Shown here: piece by piece, positions 27,346 through 39,105 of the stretch | Numbering within the stretch: position 1 is the stretch's first letter | Layout of the letters: each line of letters begins with the position of its first letter | Assembly (NCBI GenBank): GCA_951406725.2 | Contig: OX597828.1 | Span: 34,720,001-34,784,000 of the forward strand | Direction: 5' to 3' | Origin: Octopus vulgaris | Taxonomy: Eukaryota | Length of the DNA stretch: 64,000 nucleotides | The notes under the pieces: model-generated | Database searches by the model: none | Seen by the model: only the letters and a program-made list of their open reading frames with translations | What the model was told of the DNA's origin: nothing | Made by a program: the position numbers and the translations under genes

Positions 27346-27627
27346 TGCAGCGTGGAAGGTGTTTGTAAGCCATTTAAGAAACACACAAAAGCCGTTCGAT
27401 TCACTTCAACATTTAAGTTTAATTTGTCAAAATATTTTCGTCGCTAAAATCCGCGACCTGTTCACTGACAAAAATCCGTGCTGTATCTGAGCTTAAATGT
27501 TGAAGTGAATCGAACGGCTTTTGTGTGTTTCTTAAATGGCTTACAAACACCTTCCACGCTGCAATTGTTTTCGTTCCAGCACACGATCTCAGATCAAATC
27601 ACTTGCTATGCGGGTACACCTCCGTAA
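27341..27627. mobile_element. Penelope-like non-autonomous element with internal inversion (77-bp perfect arms), inserted in (TA)n
   Basis: 27341-27417 is the reverse complement of 27492-27568, and the spacer holds a hammerhead motif. A colinear diverged copy lies at 32015-32205. Confidence 0.75.
27423..27472 (-). ncRNA. Minimal hammerhead ribozyme, G3:C8 core variant
   Basis: Minus strand TTTGTCA-GTGAACA-G-GTCGC-GGATTTTA-GCGAC-GAAA-ATAT-TT-TGACAAA: 7-bp stem I, 5-bp stem II, palindromic AATATT stem III. Confidence 0.72.
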
Positions 27628-28039
27628 TATATATATATAATTAAAATCTTAAGTTAGCAAGAATATTTATCGGAAAAATTCTTAGTTATCGGTGGTCTAG
27701 CGAGAAGGAAAAAATTAGTCAATAGACTATACTTTACTCAGAGAAGAATATAGTGTACATTCAAACCCAAAAGAGATACCCAAAGAATAGGATATCTGAT
27801 TCACTAGAAAGAGCAGTTAAACTCCAAGCCACTAATTGTTGTAATTCCGAAAGTGATTGAAAAATAAAAACTTTTACCTTAATCCTAGACCCTGCAAGTT
27901 TTCTACTGAGTTAAATACAGATTGAAATAAAATAATTTCAGTCTATATCTGATGCTGCGTCTTCAGTAGTTTGCCAGAAACGAACACATAGACACGGAGC
28001 GATAAATAATCAGTCACGTGTCTATAGGTTCTAATTTTT

Positions 28040-28439
28040 CGAATCCACCGTGGATTCGAAAAAATTTCATGACCACATAACCATCAACGTTTGGCCTCCA
28101 AGCTCCCAAAGTCCCAATCCATTGGATTACTATGTATGGAGCGTAGTTGAGAAAGAGGTTAATGAGTACCCTCATAACACCAAAGAATCTCTAAAAGCCT
28201 CCATATTCAGAGTAATGTCCAATATGAATACAGACCATTTGATATAGGCAATTCAGACCTCGCATAGAAGCCATTATTGAAGATGAATGAGACTTTATGG
28301 AATAAAATGGCAAAACAATATGTTTATTCTTATCCTCAAACCCTTTCTTTGAGGATAAAAAAGGCGTTATTGTATGTCTGTTTCTAAGAGTCATTTTTGT
28401 GTAAGTATACAATTGTCCTCAAATACCTTACACACCCTG
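28040..28439 (+). mobile_element. Tc1/mariner (maT/DD37D-like) transposase 3' fragment and right TIR
   Basis: WPPSSQSPNPLDYYVWSVVEKEVNEYPHNTKESLKASI resembles the WPPxSPDLNPLDY motif. The element ends ...CACACCCTG|TA. Confidence 0.85.
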
Positions 28440-28639
28440 TATATATGTACATATATGTATGTATATATGCATATATTTTTATATTTTTATATTATGATCG
28501 AACGCCACGCATCCTTTTCCAAGTAAGTTTCATATAATATATATATACATACATACATACATATATACATATATAAGCAATAAAGGGTTTAGCAACGAAT
28601 TGCCTTACCACATACCGAATATCTATTTATTTTATTTTA

Positions 28640-28684
28640 TCTAGTTTCAGCTCACGAGCTGTGGCCATGCTGGGGCACCGCCAT
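28640..28684 (-). mobile_element. 45-bp retroelement 3' end (second copy at 35809-35853)
   Basis: GGCGGTGCCCCAGCATGGCCACAGCTC(G/A)T(G/A)AGCTGAAACTAGA plus a simple-repeat tail, similar to the family A SINE tail. Confidence 0.65.
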
Positions 28685-28769
28685 ATATATATATATATAT
28701 ATAGATATATAGATATATAGATAGATAGATAGATATATAGATAGGTAGATAGATAGATATATAGATAGG

Positions 28770-28827
<58 letters not shown>

Positions 28828-29703
28828 TACATACATGCATGCATGCAAGCTTACATGCATATACCTATGCATTTGTACACACATATATTGATACAAGTGG
28901 AGAGATTGCACACGGGCAGTTCTGTATACATTCACAGGCGTAAAGCAGGCATATATAGACGTGCATTTACACCGAATCACTCCTGTATATGTGTGTGTGT
29001 GTGTGTGTCCGTGTGCGTATGTGTGTGTGCACGTGTGACTGTGTGTCGGTTGTGTATGCGTGTATGCTTGTTCACAAGGTACCCCTGACGGACAAGAAAC
29101 CCCCCCCCCCCCCACGAAGCTCTCTCGCCACCTCCCTACTCATCACAGTAAGCTCCACCACCAACATTGCATGCACGGCTCCGCACCCCGTCACACACAC
29201 AGCATCGGCTATTCCCCGTCGGCCAGCAAGTGGGTGGAGCATGGACAACAATAAACTACCAGGGTACACAATAGAAGCCGATTAATCTTCATCCGGCAGG
29301 GAGGAGAGGGGACTGAGACAACTGGTGTGGTGGTAGGAGGAGGAAGAGGAGAGGAAGGAGGGGGACGGAGGTGGTGGAGGAGGCTGCGTTGTGTAGGAGG
29401 AGCCGTAATGTAGGAATAACGGAATATATCAATGTTATACCACTAACCTAGTTTCTTGATTGCAAACCCATCTGTCCACCCGGTTATCGACCCGTTCAGC
29501 CACCCCACCAACCATACATCCATCTATCCATCGTTCAGCCTTCCGCCTTTCAATTCATGCATGCATGTACTATATTCAACCGTAAATACATACATACATA
29601 TATATATATATATACATATATATGTATATATATACATGTATATATGTATATATGCATATATATATATACATATATATACATGTACGTATATGTATATATA
29701 TAC

Positions 29704-29751
<48 letters not shown>

Positions 29752-30567
29752 ATATATGTATATATACATACGTACACAGAAACGTGCACACGTATATACG
29801 TGCATATTTGCATACAAATGCGTACATATATATATACTTACACACACATGTACGCACATACGTAGATGCATCCACGCATATATACACACATATACATATA
29901 TGCATACATACATAGGAACATAAATACACACATACGTTCATAAATACATACTCACATGCATATACCCACGCACACATATTCGTACGTACATACATGCACA
30001 CATGCATATATCCGAACATACGTTTTATCCCCTTGTATTTATGCATATATATATATGCACATACATCCATGCATATATGTTTGTGTATGTATGTATGCAT
30101 GTATGTATGTATGTATGCATGCATGTATGTATGCATGTATATATGTATGTATGTATGTATGTATGCATGCATATATGTATGTATGTATGTATGCATGCAT
30201 GCATGTGTGTGGGTATGTATGTATGTGTGTATGTATGTATGTATGTATGTATGTATGTATGCATGCATATATGTATGTATGTATGTATGCATGCATATAT
30301 GTATGTATGTATGTATGTATGCATGCATGCATGTGTGTGGGTATGTATGTATGTATGTATGTGTGTATGTATGCATGCATGCATGAGTGTATATATGTAT
30401 GCATGTATGTATGTGTGTATGTATGCATGCATGCATGTGTGTATGTATGTATGTATGCATGTATGTATGTATGTATGTATGTATGTATGTATGTATGTAT
30501 GTGTGTGTGTATGTATGTGTCAATGTATGTATGTGACTGAGGGGGTTACATATAGCTATATCCACAC

Positions 30568-30620
<53 letters not shown>

Positions 30621-30898
30621 AACACACACATACGCACACACAACGAATATAAACACACACACATCATTTATCTACACACATGTCCGGAGCGTATTTTCAG
30701 CCATCCATCCACCCATCCATACAACCATAAATCACGTATCATAGGTGACCGTCGTCTCTTGGTCCCGTATCCCATCCTCCACTCTTTTCCAAACGAACAC
30801 ACACATACACACACCACATCCGCCCTCCCTCTCTCTCTCTCCCCTTTCTCTCTTTCTCTCTCTCTTTCTCTTTCCATTATACACATATCTTTCTTTCT

Positions 30899-30959
<61 letters not shown>

Positions 30960-31061
30960 ACGCGCGCAATATATATAACCAGGCTGGCACACAAATAAAA
31001 ACGACTAACAGCCCCCACATCGCACTGGTCTTTCTTAAAACCTCATCAGTGAATGGTCACG

Positions 31062-31075
31062 CCGTTAGATGGCGC
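31062..31075 (+). promoter_or_regulatory. Candidate CTCF site
   Basis: CCGTTAGATGGCGC versus the bilaterian CTCF core CCACTAGATGGCGC (12/14), in a short unique island. Motif match only. Confidence 0.35.
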
Positions 31076-31173
31076 CTCTGGAGCAGAATATTTTTGTCTA
31101 TTAAACTACATATTACCAATATAACTATGATGACGACGACAACAATAACAACAACAACAACAACAACAATAAT

Positions 31174-31205
<32 letters not shown>

Positions 31206-31270
31206 TCATTTCTATGACAACTACCAACTCCCTAATACCACCATTTATACCAACACCTCTAAGCACCATT

Positions 31271-31423
31271 ACCACCACCACCACCACCACCACCACCACC
31301 ACCACCACCACCACCACCACCACCACCACCACCAGTATCACCACCACCACCACCACCACCACCACCACCACCACCACCACCACCACCACCATCACCACCA
31401 CCACCACCACCACCACCACCACC
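31271..31423. repeat. (ACC)n microsatellite
   Basis: Direct inspection. Confidence 0.97.
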
Positions 31424-32014
31424 ACACCTCTAAGATTAGCATCATCATTACATTTCAGTGAATAATTTTTTTATTCAAAACTTGTACACTTTCACTATCA
31501 TTCGCAGGTCTTGTAAGTACAAGTACGACAAAATTATACTGAGGAGTTGTAATGAGACCGAAACCTGTCATCTGTTGCTCCCCGCCCCCTTCGTACTTAT
31601 TAAAGATCAGACTCTCTTCTCGCTACATAGCTGAATTCAATTTTAAGTCATTTTGAATCACAGAGTTCTCTCCTTGGTTTTACTTAACAAACGTTATCAT
31701 TAACACTAAAGACTTTATTTCTTTTCATCGGCTGGGTAGTTTTAATTAACTGAATATATTTGCCTTATGTCTCTCACTTATGTATATATTAGCTCCTACG
31801 TAACATTCTTTACAGTATACTCTTGTAAGACCTTTTCTAAGAGGGTAAGCACTGTATTTCTCCTACAATTTTTTTTTTTGTTAAAGTACTCTTGTCCAGT
31901 AATTCTTGTGTCGGATGGCACGTCCTCAAGAACTGAATAATTCTTAAAGAGTCCTCTACTGATTCAGCCGATACTATTTTCTTCACTTTCGAGCACTATT
32001 ATTATTATTATTAT

Positions 32015-32205
32015 TTTGTCAGTGAACAGGTCGCGGTATCAAAGCAGCGAAAATAGTTTGGCAAATTAAATTTAAATATTGAAGTGAATCTAATGGATTT
32101 TGTGTTTCTTAAATGGCTTATAAACACCTTCCACACTACAATTGTTTTCGTCCCAGCACACAATCTCAGATCAGGTCACTTGCTATGCAAGTACATCTCC
32201 GTAAT
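32015..32205 (+). mobile_element. Second (decayed) copy of the G3:C8 hammerhead element
   Basis: TTTGTCA-GTGAACA-G-GTCGC-GGTATCAAA-GCAGC-GAAA-ATAG-TT-TGGCAAA, then sequence colinear with 27492-27627. Confidence 0.75.
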
Positions 32206-32222
32206 TATTACTAATGTTATTG

Positions 32223-32520
32223 TGAGGACGTATGACCTAGTGGTGAGGGTATTGTGCTCACGAGAGCGAGGTCGTGATTTCAATTCCTAGACCGGGTGAT
32301 GCGTTGTGTTCTTAAGCAAAACACTTCATCACACGTTGCTCTAAGATCACTAGGACACCTGACACGCGGCACACTGTGCACCTGTTCAAACAATGTCGAT
32401 TTGATGGAGTGTGTGAGCTAATGTGCGGCACATACATTTGATCACTATCAACAAATCATTTGTGCAGGTCGTTCGACAAAAGCTTCATATTTCGTTTTCG
32501 ACGGGCGAGTCCATCATCGC
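32223..32520 (+). mobile_element. Old tRNA-derived SINE
   Basis: GACCTAGTGGTGAGGG...TTTCAATTCC head and GTTGTGTTCTTAAGCAAAACACTT block related to family C. Confidence 0.6.
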
Positions 32521-33758
32521 CATTATTCTTAAATTGCCATTGTTGTTCAACAGACGCTGTCTGTGTGAAGCCATACTCAAAGACTGTCTTCATTGATCTT
32601 CAATTTCTTCCATCCTCTTTACCCATGAGAAACACATTCTGTCGATGTCACCATTAATGAATAATAGATAATTATTTATTTTTCTTTTACAAGACAACAG
32701 AGAATCCGAAACCACACCGTCCAAAACATCCACTCTCGAAGATCATAGGGTGAAATTCGAGCGAAATTTTCCAGTTATTTCTAACAGGCAATCGAACAAG
32801 GAGCGGCTTTCCGGTTAACGCGCAAAATGTGAGGTTGCGATGACCGGAAACAGACATTACTGCTATTTCTAGCACGTCTGAAAACTACATAGACCATCAT
32901 TCGATGACTTCGTATTCTTTTATGGTTGGTTATGTGACTATTAGCATGTTTAGTGGCAAGCTAGTCTTTGTGGCAAGCTAGCCTTCACTGAAACACCATT
33001 GATAGAGCATCTTTCCTTGGAATTTTCTTTCTAAAAGATATATAACTTTGTAAACAATCGTTCTGGTGTGAATATCGTTGAGCAAGCTTTCGTAAGGCTT
33101 TCAATGATGGGATCTAAAAGAGAAGATACATTTTCGAATGCAGTCACTCCAGCAAGCATGATCGCAAAATACCAACAAACGCCATATTTCTGATCTATTC
33201 TAATGCCACAAGAGGTGTCGACTACGTTTATTTGCCTCCGATATCTTTTATATTTTACTTGTTTCGGTCATTAGATTGCGGCTATGCTGGGCCATTGCCT
33301 CGAAGAGTTTAGTCGGAGATACGCCAGTTTGTATATTTTTGAAGTCTAGTGGGTTTTTTTTTTAATCAGCCTTTAATATTAATGAATTGCTAATTTACGC
33401 TAATTGCAAATTTACGCGAATGTAAACAAGCCAACACCGGTTGTCAAGTGGTGGTGAGGATAAATACACCACACACACTTACATGCACATGCACACACAT
33501 ACACACGAGCACGCTCACACACACATACACGACGGGCTTCTTTCAGTTTCCATCAACCAAATCCGCTCAGAAGGCTTTGGTCGACGCTGAGCTACAGTTC
33601 TTTTAACTATATGTATGTGTGGGTGTGTTCATTTACGTATATACGTACACATTTTATACTTGTATGTATGTATGTATGTATGTATGTATGTATGTATGTA
33701 TGTATGTATGTATGTATGTATGCATGTATGTATGTATGTTCTCATTTATTTTTACTTA

Positions 33759-34136
33759 GGCGTAGGAGTGGCTGTGTGGAAAGTAGTTTACCTTACCAAC
33801 CACATGGTTCCGGGTTCATTCCCACTGCGTGGCACCTTGGGCAGGTGTCTTCTACTATAGCCTCGGGCCGACCAAAGCCATGTGAGTGGATTTGGTAGAC
33901 GGAAATTCAAAGAAGCCCGTCTTATATATGTATATATTCATTTACTTGTTTCAGTCATTTGGCTATGCTGTAGCACGGCCTTTGGTCGAAGAAATCAATC
34001 CCAGGACTTATTCTTTGTAAGCGTAGTACTTATTCTATTGGTCTCTTTTGCCGAACCGCTATGTCACGGGGACGTAAACACATCAACATCGGTTGCCAAG
34101 CGATAGTGGGTGAGACAAACACACATACACATACAT

Positions 34137-34221
<85 letters not shown>

Positions 34222-34365
34222 CATGCCCGGCTTCTTTCGATTTCCGTCTACCAAATCCCCAGGCCATAGTAGAAGACGCTTGCCCAAGGTGCTACGCAGT
34301 GGGATTCAAACTGGAACAATATGGTTGCAAAACAACCTTCCTACCACACGACCACATCTGCACCT
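33759..34365. mobile_element. Two family A SINEs in opposite orientation (+ head 33759-33925; - copy 33940-34365)
   Basis: Family A modules. Confidence 0.8.
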
Positions 34366-34442
34366 AGCCACGCCATGTAAATATATGTATATAAGTGTAT
34401 ATTGTATGCATGTGCATGGTATTCAGAAGTCGGTATATATAT

Positions 34443-34672
34443 ATTTCTTTACTACCCACAAGGGGCTAAACACAGAGGGGACAAACAAGGACAGGCAAAG
34501 GGATTAAGTCGATTACATCGACCCCAGTGCGTAACTGGTACTTAATTTATCGACCCTGAAAGGATGAAAGGCAAAGTCGACCTCGGCGGAATTTGAACTC
34601 AGAACGTAACGGCAGACGAAATACCGCTAAGCATTTCGCCCGGCGTGCTAACGTTTCTGCCAGCTCGCCGCC
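34443..34672 (-). mobile_element. Full-length family B SINE with 15-bp TSD
   Basis: TSD AGTCGGTATATATAT at 34428-34442 and 34673-34687. Confidence 0.92.
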
Positions 34673-34788
34673 AGTCGGTATATATATGCATACAAGTGTC
34701 ATATGTATATACATGCATGTATGGTGGGTGTATATTTGCCAAAGAATTTATGCATATTTTTCAGCAATTTGTGAATTATTATTATTAT

Positions 34789-35320
34789 TGAGTGAGAGAG
34801 CAGTGCATGCCATCAAAGTGACACTGGGGTAAAAATATACAAAACCCAGTATACCCATCATGACTACCCGTCAGATAAGGGTACACTAGGCACATGCATC
34901 ACAACCATGTGTGCGCGACATGGTGATCTCATATCAAGATAAACAGCACATGACCTTGCAGGTGGGGCCCACTTAGAATTTTCTTCTGGTCGAGTAACCC
35001 ATCCCACTCAAAAGGTCCTTGAATAAGGGTTATTTAAGGATGTTGAATGAAACGCCCAAATAATCCCTCTCAACACATGGCTATGATGCTCCCCCACTAC
35101 TTCTGCTCGTGATCAGAGACGCATATATCGTCAGCCACTAAGGGGCATGCTCAACTGGTTACGGTCAAACAACTGACAAGCAAATCTGTGGTACTGAGCA
35201 GAATATTTGCTGTAGCCCATCTTTTATACCAAGACAAAACAATGTACATGATAACACTTCCAATCAGTTAAGATCAGAAGCCATGAGAGCCACTGCCTGG
35301 TACTGCATCAGAGCATTTAT
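34789..35320. mobile_element. Repeat inserted in (ATT)n; fragments also at 13781-13937 (inverted) and 14150-14430
   Basis: GAGTGAGAGAGCAGTGCATGCCATCAAAGTGACACTGGGGTAAAA...GAGCCACTGCCTGGTACTGCATCAG, bounded by ATT runs. Family assignment is uncertain. Confidence 0.7.
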
Positions 35321-35323
35321 TTG

Positions 35324-35351
<28 letters not shown>

Positions 35352-35354
<3 letters not shown>

Positions 35355-35694
35355 TAGTTTTATTTTTATAGCGTGCTTTCACTTCACTACCGAGCGCAGC
35401 TCTGTGTGCCTTGGGTATGTGCTGTGATTTGTTGTGATGCTCTGATGGTTATTGTATGGAAAGTGTTCTGCGTAGGATGTGTGCAGTGCCTAGTAGTGCA
35501 ATTTTCTGTATGTTATATGTGTTTGTAAGTCCTGGTGTTTTTGTTATGTATTTGTCTGAATATTTTTTTATCATGCCTAATGCACCTACTATGATAGGAA
35601 TTGTTTCTGTTTTCAGATTCCACATTCTAGTTACCTCTATTTCCAGGTCTTTGTATTTTGAGAGTTTCTCCATTTCTTTTAGAGACACGTTGTC

Positions 35695-35695
<1 letters not shown>
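35352..35695 (-). mobile_element. Dong (R4 clade) LINE 5'-truncated 3' end in (TAA)n
   Basis: EKLSKYKDLEIEVTRMWNLKTETIPIIVGALGMIKK...IQKIALLGTAHILRRTLS is a typical Dong/R4 RLE C-terminus. (TAA)n lies on both sides. Confidence 0.9.
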
Positions 35696-35764
<69 letters not shown>

Positions 35765-35933
35765 TACTATTCATGTCACTGCTTGGAATGATTGATTGAT
35801 TGATTGATTCTAGTTTCAGCTTATGAGCTGTGGCCATGCTGGGGCACCGCCATTTAATAATAATAACATCAAAAAATACCTTAGGAATGAGAACCCGGGT
35901 TCGAAAATTCCTCAAGACACCTGATGAAGGCTG

Positions 35934-36906
35934 GTTAGGCGATCCATTTGCTGCCAACACCCGCTAAATTGAGGGCTAGGCATGCTCTGGTTGATGATGC
36001 GCATACATGCACTGAGGCTGTGACATCTCCGGCACTACATAGACGCCGGTGAACAGGTGTGGATGCCATTTGTGCGGCGCGCTTTCCTGCAGCTCGTCTC
36101 CTTGGCTGAACTGCAGTCGTGGATCAAACAGAGACCAAGGCTAGGCGATTGGCACCGCATGTGTCGCGTTGCTCACAAGCAACTCTGCCGTCCGGGACCA
36201 AACTTGTGCGACTTCATTACAATAAAGACGTTCTATAGATGATTAGTGGAGGGGAGGCGCGACGACGTTCTCGGGCAGAATCTGGGCGTCGACGAGGAAC
36301 ACCTGACCCGCCTGTTCAGGACAACTTCCGGGCCGGGACCTACGGACAATCACCAAATATCCCTCGCCTGGCAGTGCTATTGAGAAGCAATACCTGTTCG
36401 GGATAAGCTCTACAGGCACAGTTCGAGACACACCGGACCGACTTGCCCGAGATGCGGTCAGAGCGACGAAACCGTTCTGCAGGCACTCGTGCAGTGTCCA
36501 ACCATTTCGGATCTGTGGGCTTGTGCCGAACGGCTGCTGTCACTTGTGGGACGAGTCCGCCTGTCAGCCGAGTATATCGTGAAAATTGCTCCGCCACCTT
36601 CCCTGGTGATAGAATGTGTGTGGTGGACTCGAGCGAAAGGATTAGAGACAAACACTTACCTCTCTGGCCAATCGCTCATCAACTTTTTCAAGAATGGAGA
36701 GGCAGGTTTTGTTTCGTGAAAGTTTCAAAAAAAAGGTGGGTGAATGTGGCAAAGACGGTACGTGCGAGGGACGAAACCACTTTGAGCATGACCCTGTAAA
36801 ACGAAAAGAGAGAGAGAGAGCACTTTGCTCTCATGTGTTTATTCCCTCTCTGAGGCTACCGTGGTCTTTTCCGTAGGCTTTCAGCCCTGTGTGGCCAATA
36901 AAGAAA
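35934..36906 (+). mobile_element. Tx1-clade (L1 group) LINE, 5'-truncated, ORF2 C-terminus and 3'UTR
   Basis: GC-rich frame VRRSICCQHPLN*GLGM...AWQCY*EAIPVRDKLYRH...TCPRCGQSDETVLQALVQC (CCHC knuckle, H>Q)...ECVWWTR with stops. It ends CAGCCCTGTGTGGCCAATAAAGAAA followed by (TATC)n. Confidence 0.88.
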
Positions 36907-36907
36907 G

Positions 36908-36955
<48 letters not shown>

Positions 36956-36958
36956 ATA

Positions 36959-37027
<69 letters not shown>

Positions 37028-37270
37028 CTTTCTATCTATCTGTCTCTGTCTGTCTGTCTGTCTATCTGTCTCTGTCTATCTCTTTCTGTCTATCTCCATC
37101 TATCTATCTGTCTATCTCTGTCTATTTATCTTTCTTTCTATCTACTATCTATCCGTCTATCTATTTATCTATCTGTCTGTCTGTCTGTATGTCTGTCTCT
37201 CTCTCTCTATTTATCTATCTATCTGTTTGTCTATCTATCTATCTCTATTCAGCCAGCCAGCCAGCCAGTC

Positions 37271-37307
<37 letters not shown>

Positions 37308-37701
37308 CATACCTGTCTGTCTGTCTGTCTGTCTGTCTGTTTCTCTGTTAGTCCGTCCTTTTGCCTGTCTGTCAACCCTTTCATCTATCTATCTGTCTGA
37401 CTATCTACCTATCTACCTATCTATCTATCTAGCAAGGTAGCTTGCTAGCTGCCCATCCATCCGTTTGTCCGTCCGTCCGTCCGTCCGTCTGTGGGGCTGT
37501 CTGTGTGTCTGTCTGGCCATCTATCCGTCCGTCTGTCTGTCTTTATGTCTGTATGTCTGTGTGTGTGTGTCTACCTATTCAGCCGTCTGTCTATTCGTCT
37601 GTCCGTGTGTCTGTTACTCTTAGCCTGTGCGTGTGTGTTTTGGGAAGTGTATTTCCGTGTGTCTTCGTGTATGCGTGTGTATGTGTGTGTGTGTGTGTGT
37701 G

Positions 37702-37738
<37 letters not shown>

Positions 37739-38148
37739 GTGTCTGTGTGTGTGTATGTGTGTGTGCTTGTGTGTGTGTTGCTATCTCCAGCTCTATCTCA
37801 ATTTAAGCGAGAAGCGAGCGAAGTATGATTTTGTGTGTACAAAAGCGTGCCTCTGTGTGTGTGTGTGTGTGTGTGTGTGTATCTCTGTACCTATTTGTAC
37901 AAGTGCGTATGTGTGTACTACGCGCGTGTTAAACGCACACTGCTATGGGTTGTTACTGGGTAAATAAGACACAATCTCATGAGAGAGAGAAAGAGAGAAA
38001 AGGAGACGTGAAGGGGGGGGGGGTGGAATGAGGAAGGTGAGAAACGATAAAAAGATAATAGCAACGAGAGGGAAAAAAAATAAACATTTACGAAACGAAG
38101 ACACGATAAGGGAGAGATAGAAAGATAGCCAGACAGATAAGAACGCAG

Positions 38149-38960
38149 GTGTATGTATGGATGTATGTATGTATGCATGTATGTGTATGTAGTATGTATG
38201 TTTGTATGGATGCATGTATGTATGTAGTAATTCATGTATGTAGTATGTATGTATGCATGTATGTATGTACGTACGTATGTATGTATGTATGCATGTATGT
38301 ATGTATGTATGTATGTATGTATGTATGTACGGTACGTATGTATGTATGTATGTATGCATGTATGTATGTACGGTACGTATGTATGTATGTATGTATGTAT
38401 GTATGTATGCATGTATGTATGTACGGTACGTATGTATGTATGTATGTATGTATGTATGCATGTATGTATGTACGGTACGTATGTATGTATGTATGTATGT
38501 ATGTGTGCATGTATGTATGTATGTATGTATGCATGTATGTATGTATGTATGTATGCATGTATGTATGTACGGTACGTATGTATGTATGTATGTATGTATG
38601 TATGTATGTATGTATGCATGTGTGTATGTATGTAGTAATGTATGCATGTATGTACATACTATGTATTTATGCATGTGTGTATGTAGGTATGTACGTACGT
38701 ATGTGTATGTATGTATGTATGTATGTATGTATGTATGTGTGTGTGTGTATGTATGTATGTAATACTGTATGTGTGTATGTATGTATGAGTGCATGTATGT
38801 ATGTATGTGTGCATGTATATATGTATGCGTGTATGTATGTATGTATGTATAGATGGATGGATGCATATATGTATGCATTTATGTACGTACGTATGTGTGT
38901 ACGTATGTAAGTATGTAAGTATGCATGCATTATGTACTTACGTATGTACGTATGTATGTA
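38149..38960. repeat. (TATG)n tract with higher-order TACGGTACG interruptions
   Basis: Direct inspection. Confidence 0.9.
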
Positions 38961-39058
38961 TATATGCGTATATATACGTATATATGCTTGCATGTAAGTA
39001 TGTATGCTGGTATGTATAGGTGGATGGATTGATGTATGTACATACCTATGTATCTATG

Positions 39059-39105
<47 letters not shown>

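Noticed and set aside
31020-31052. Hammerhead on the minus strand (CTGATGA-GGTTTT..AAGACC)
   Set aside because: No GAAA box or stem III.
31538-31570. CTGAGGA...GAAAC hammerhead-like (also 63118-63148 and 19440-19530)
   Set aside because: Stems do not pair or a core box is missing, so these are too decayed to support.
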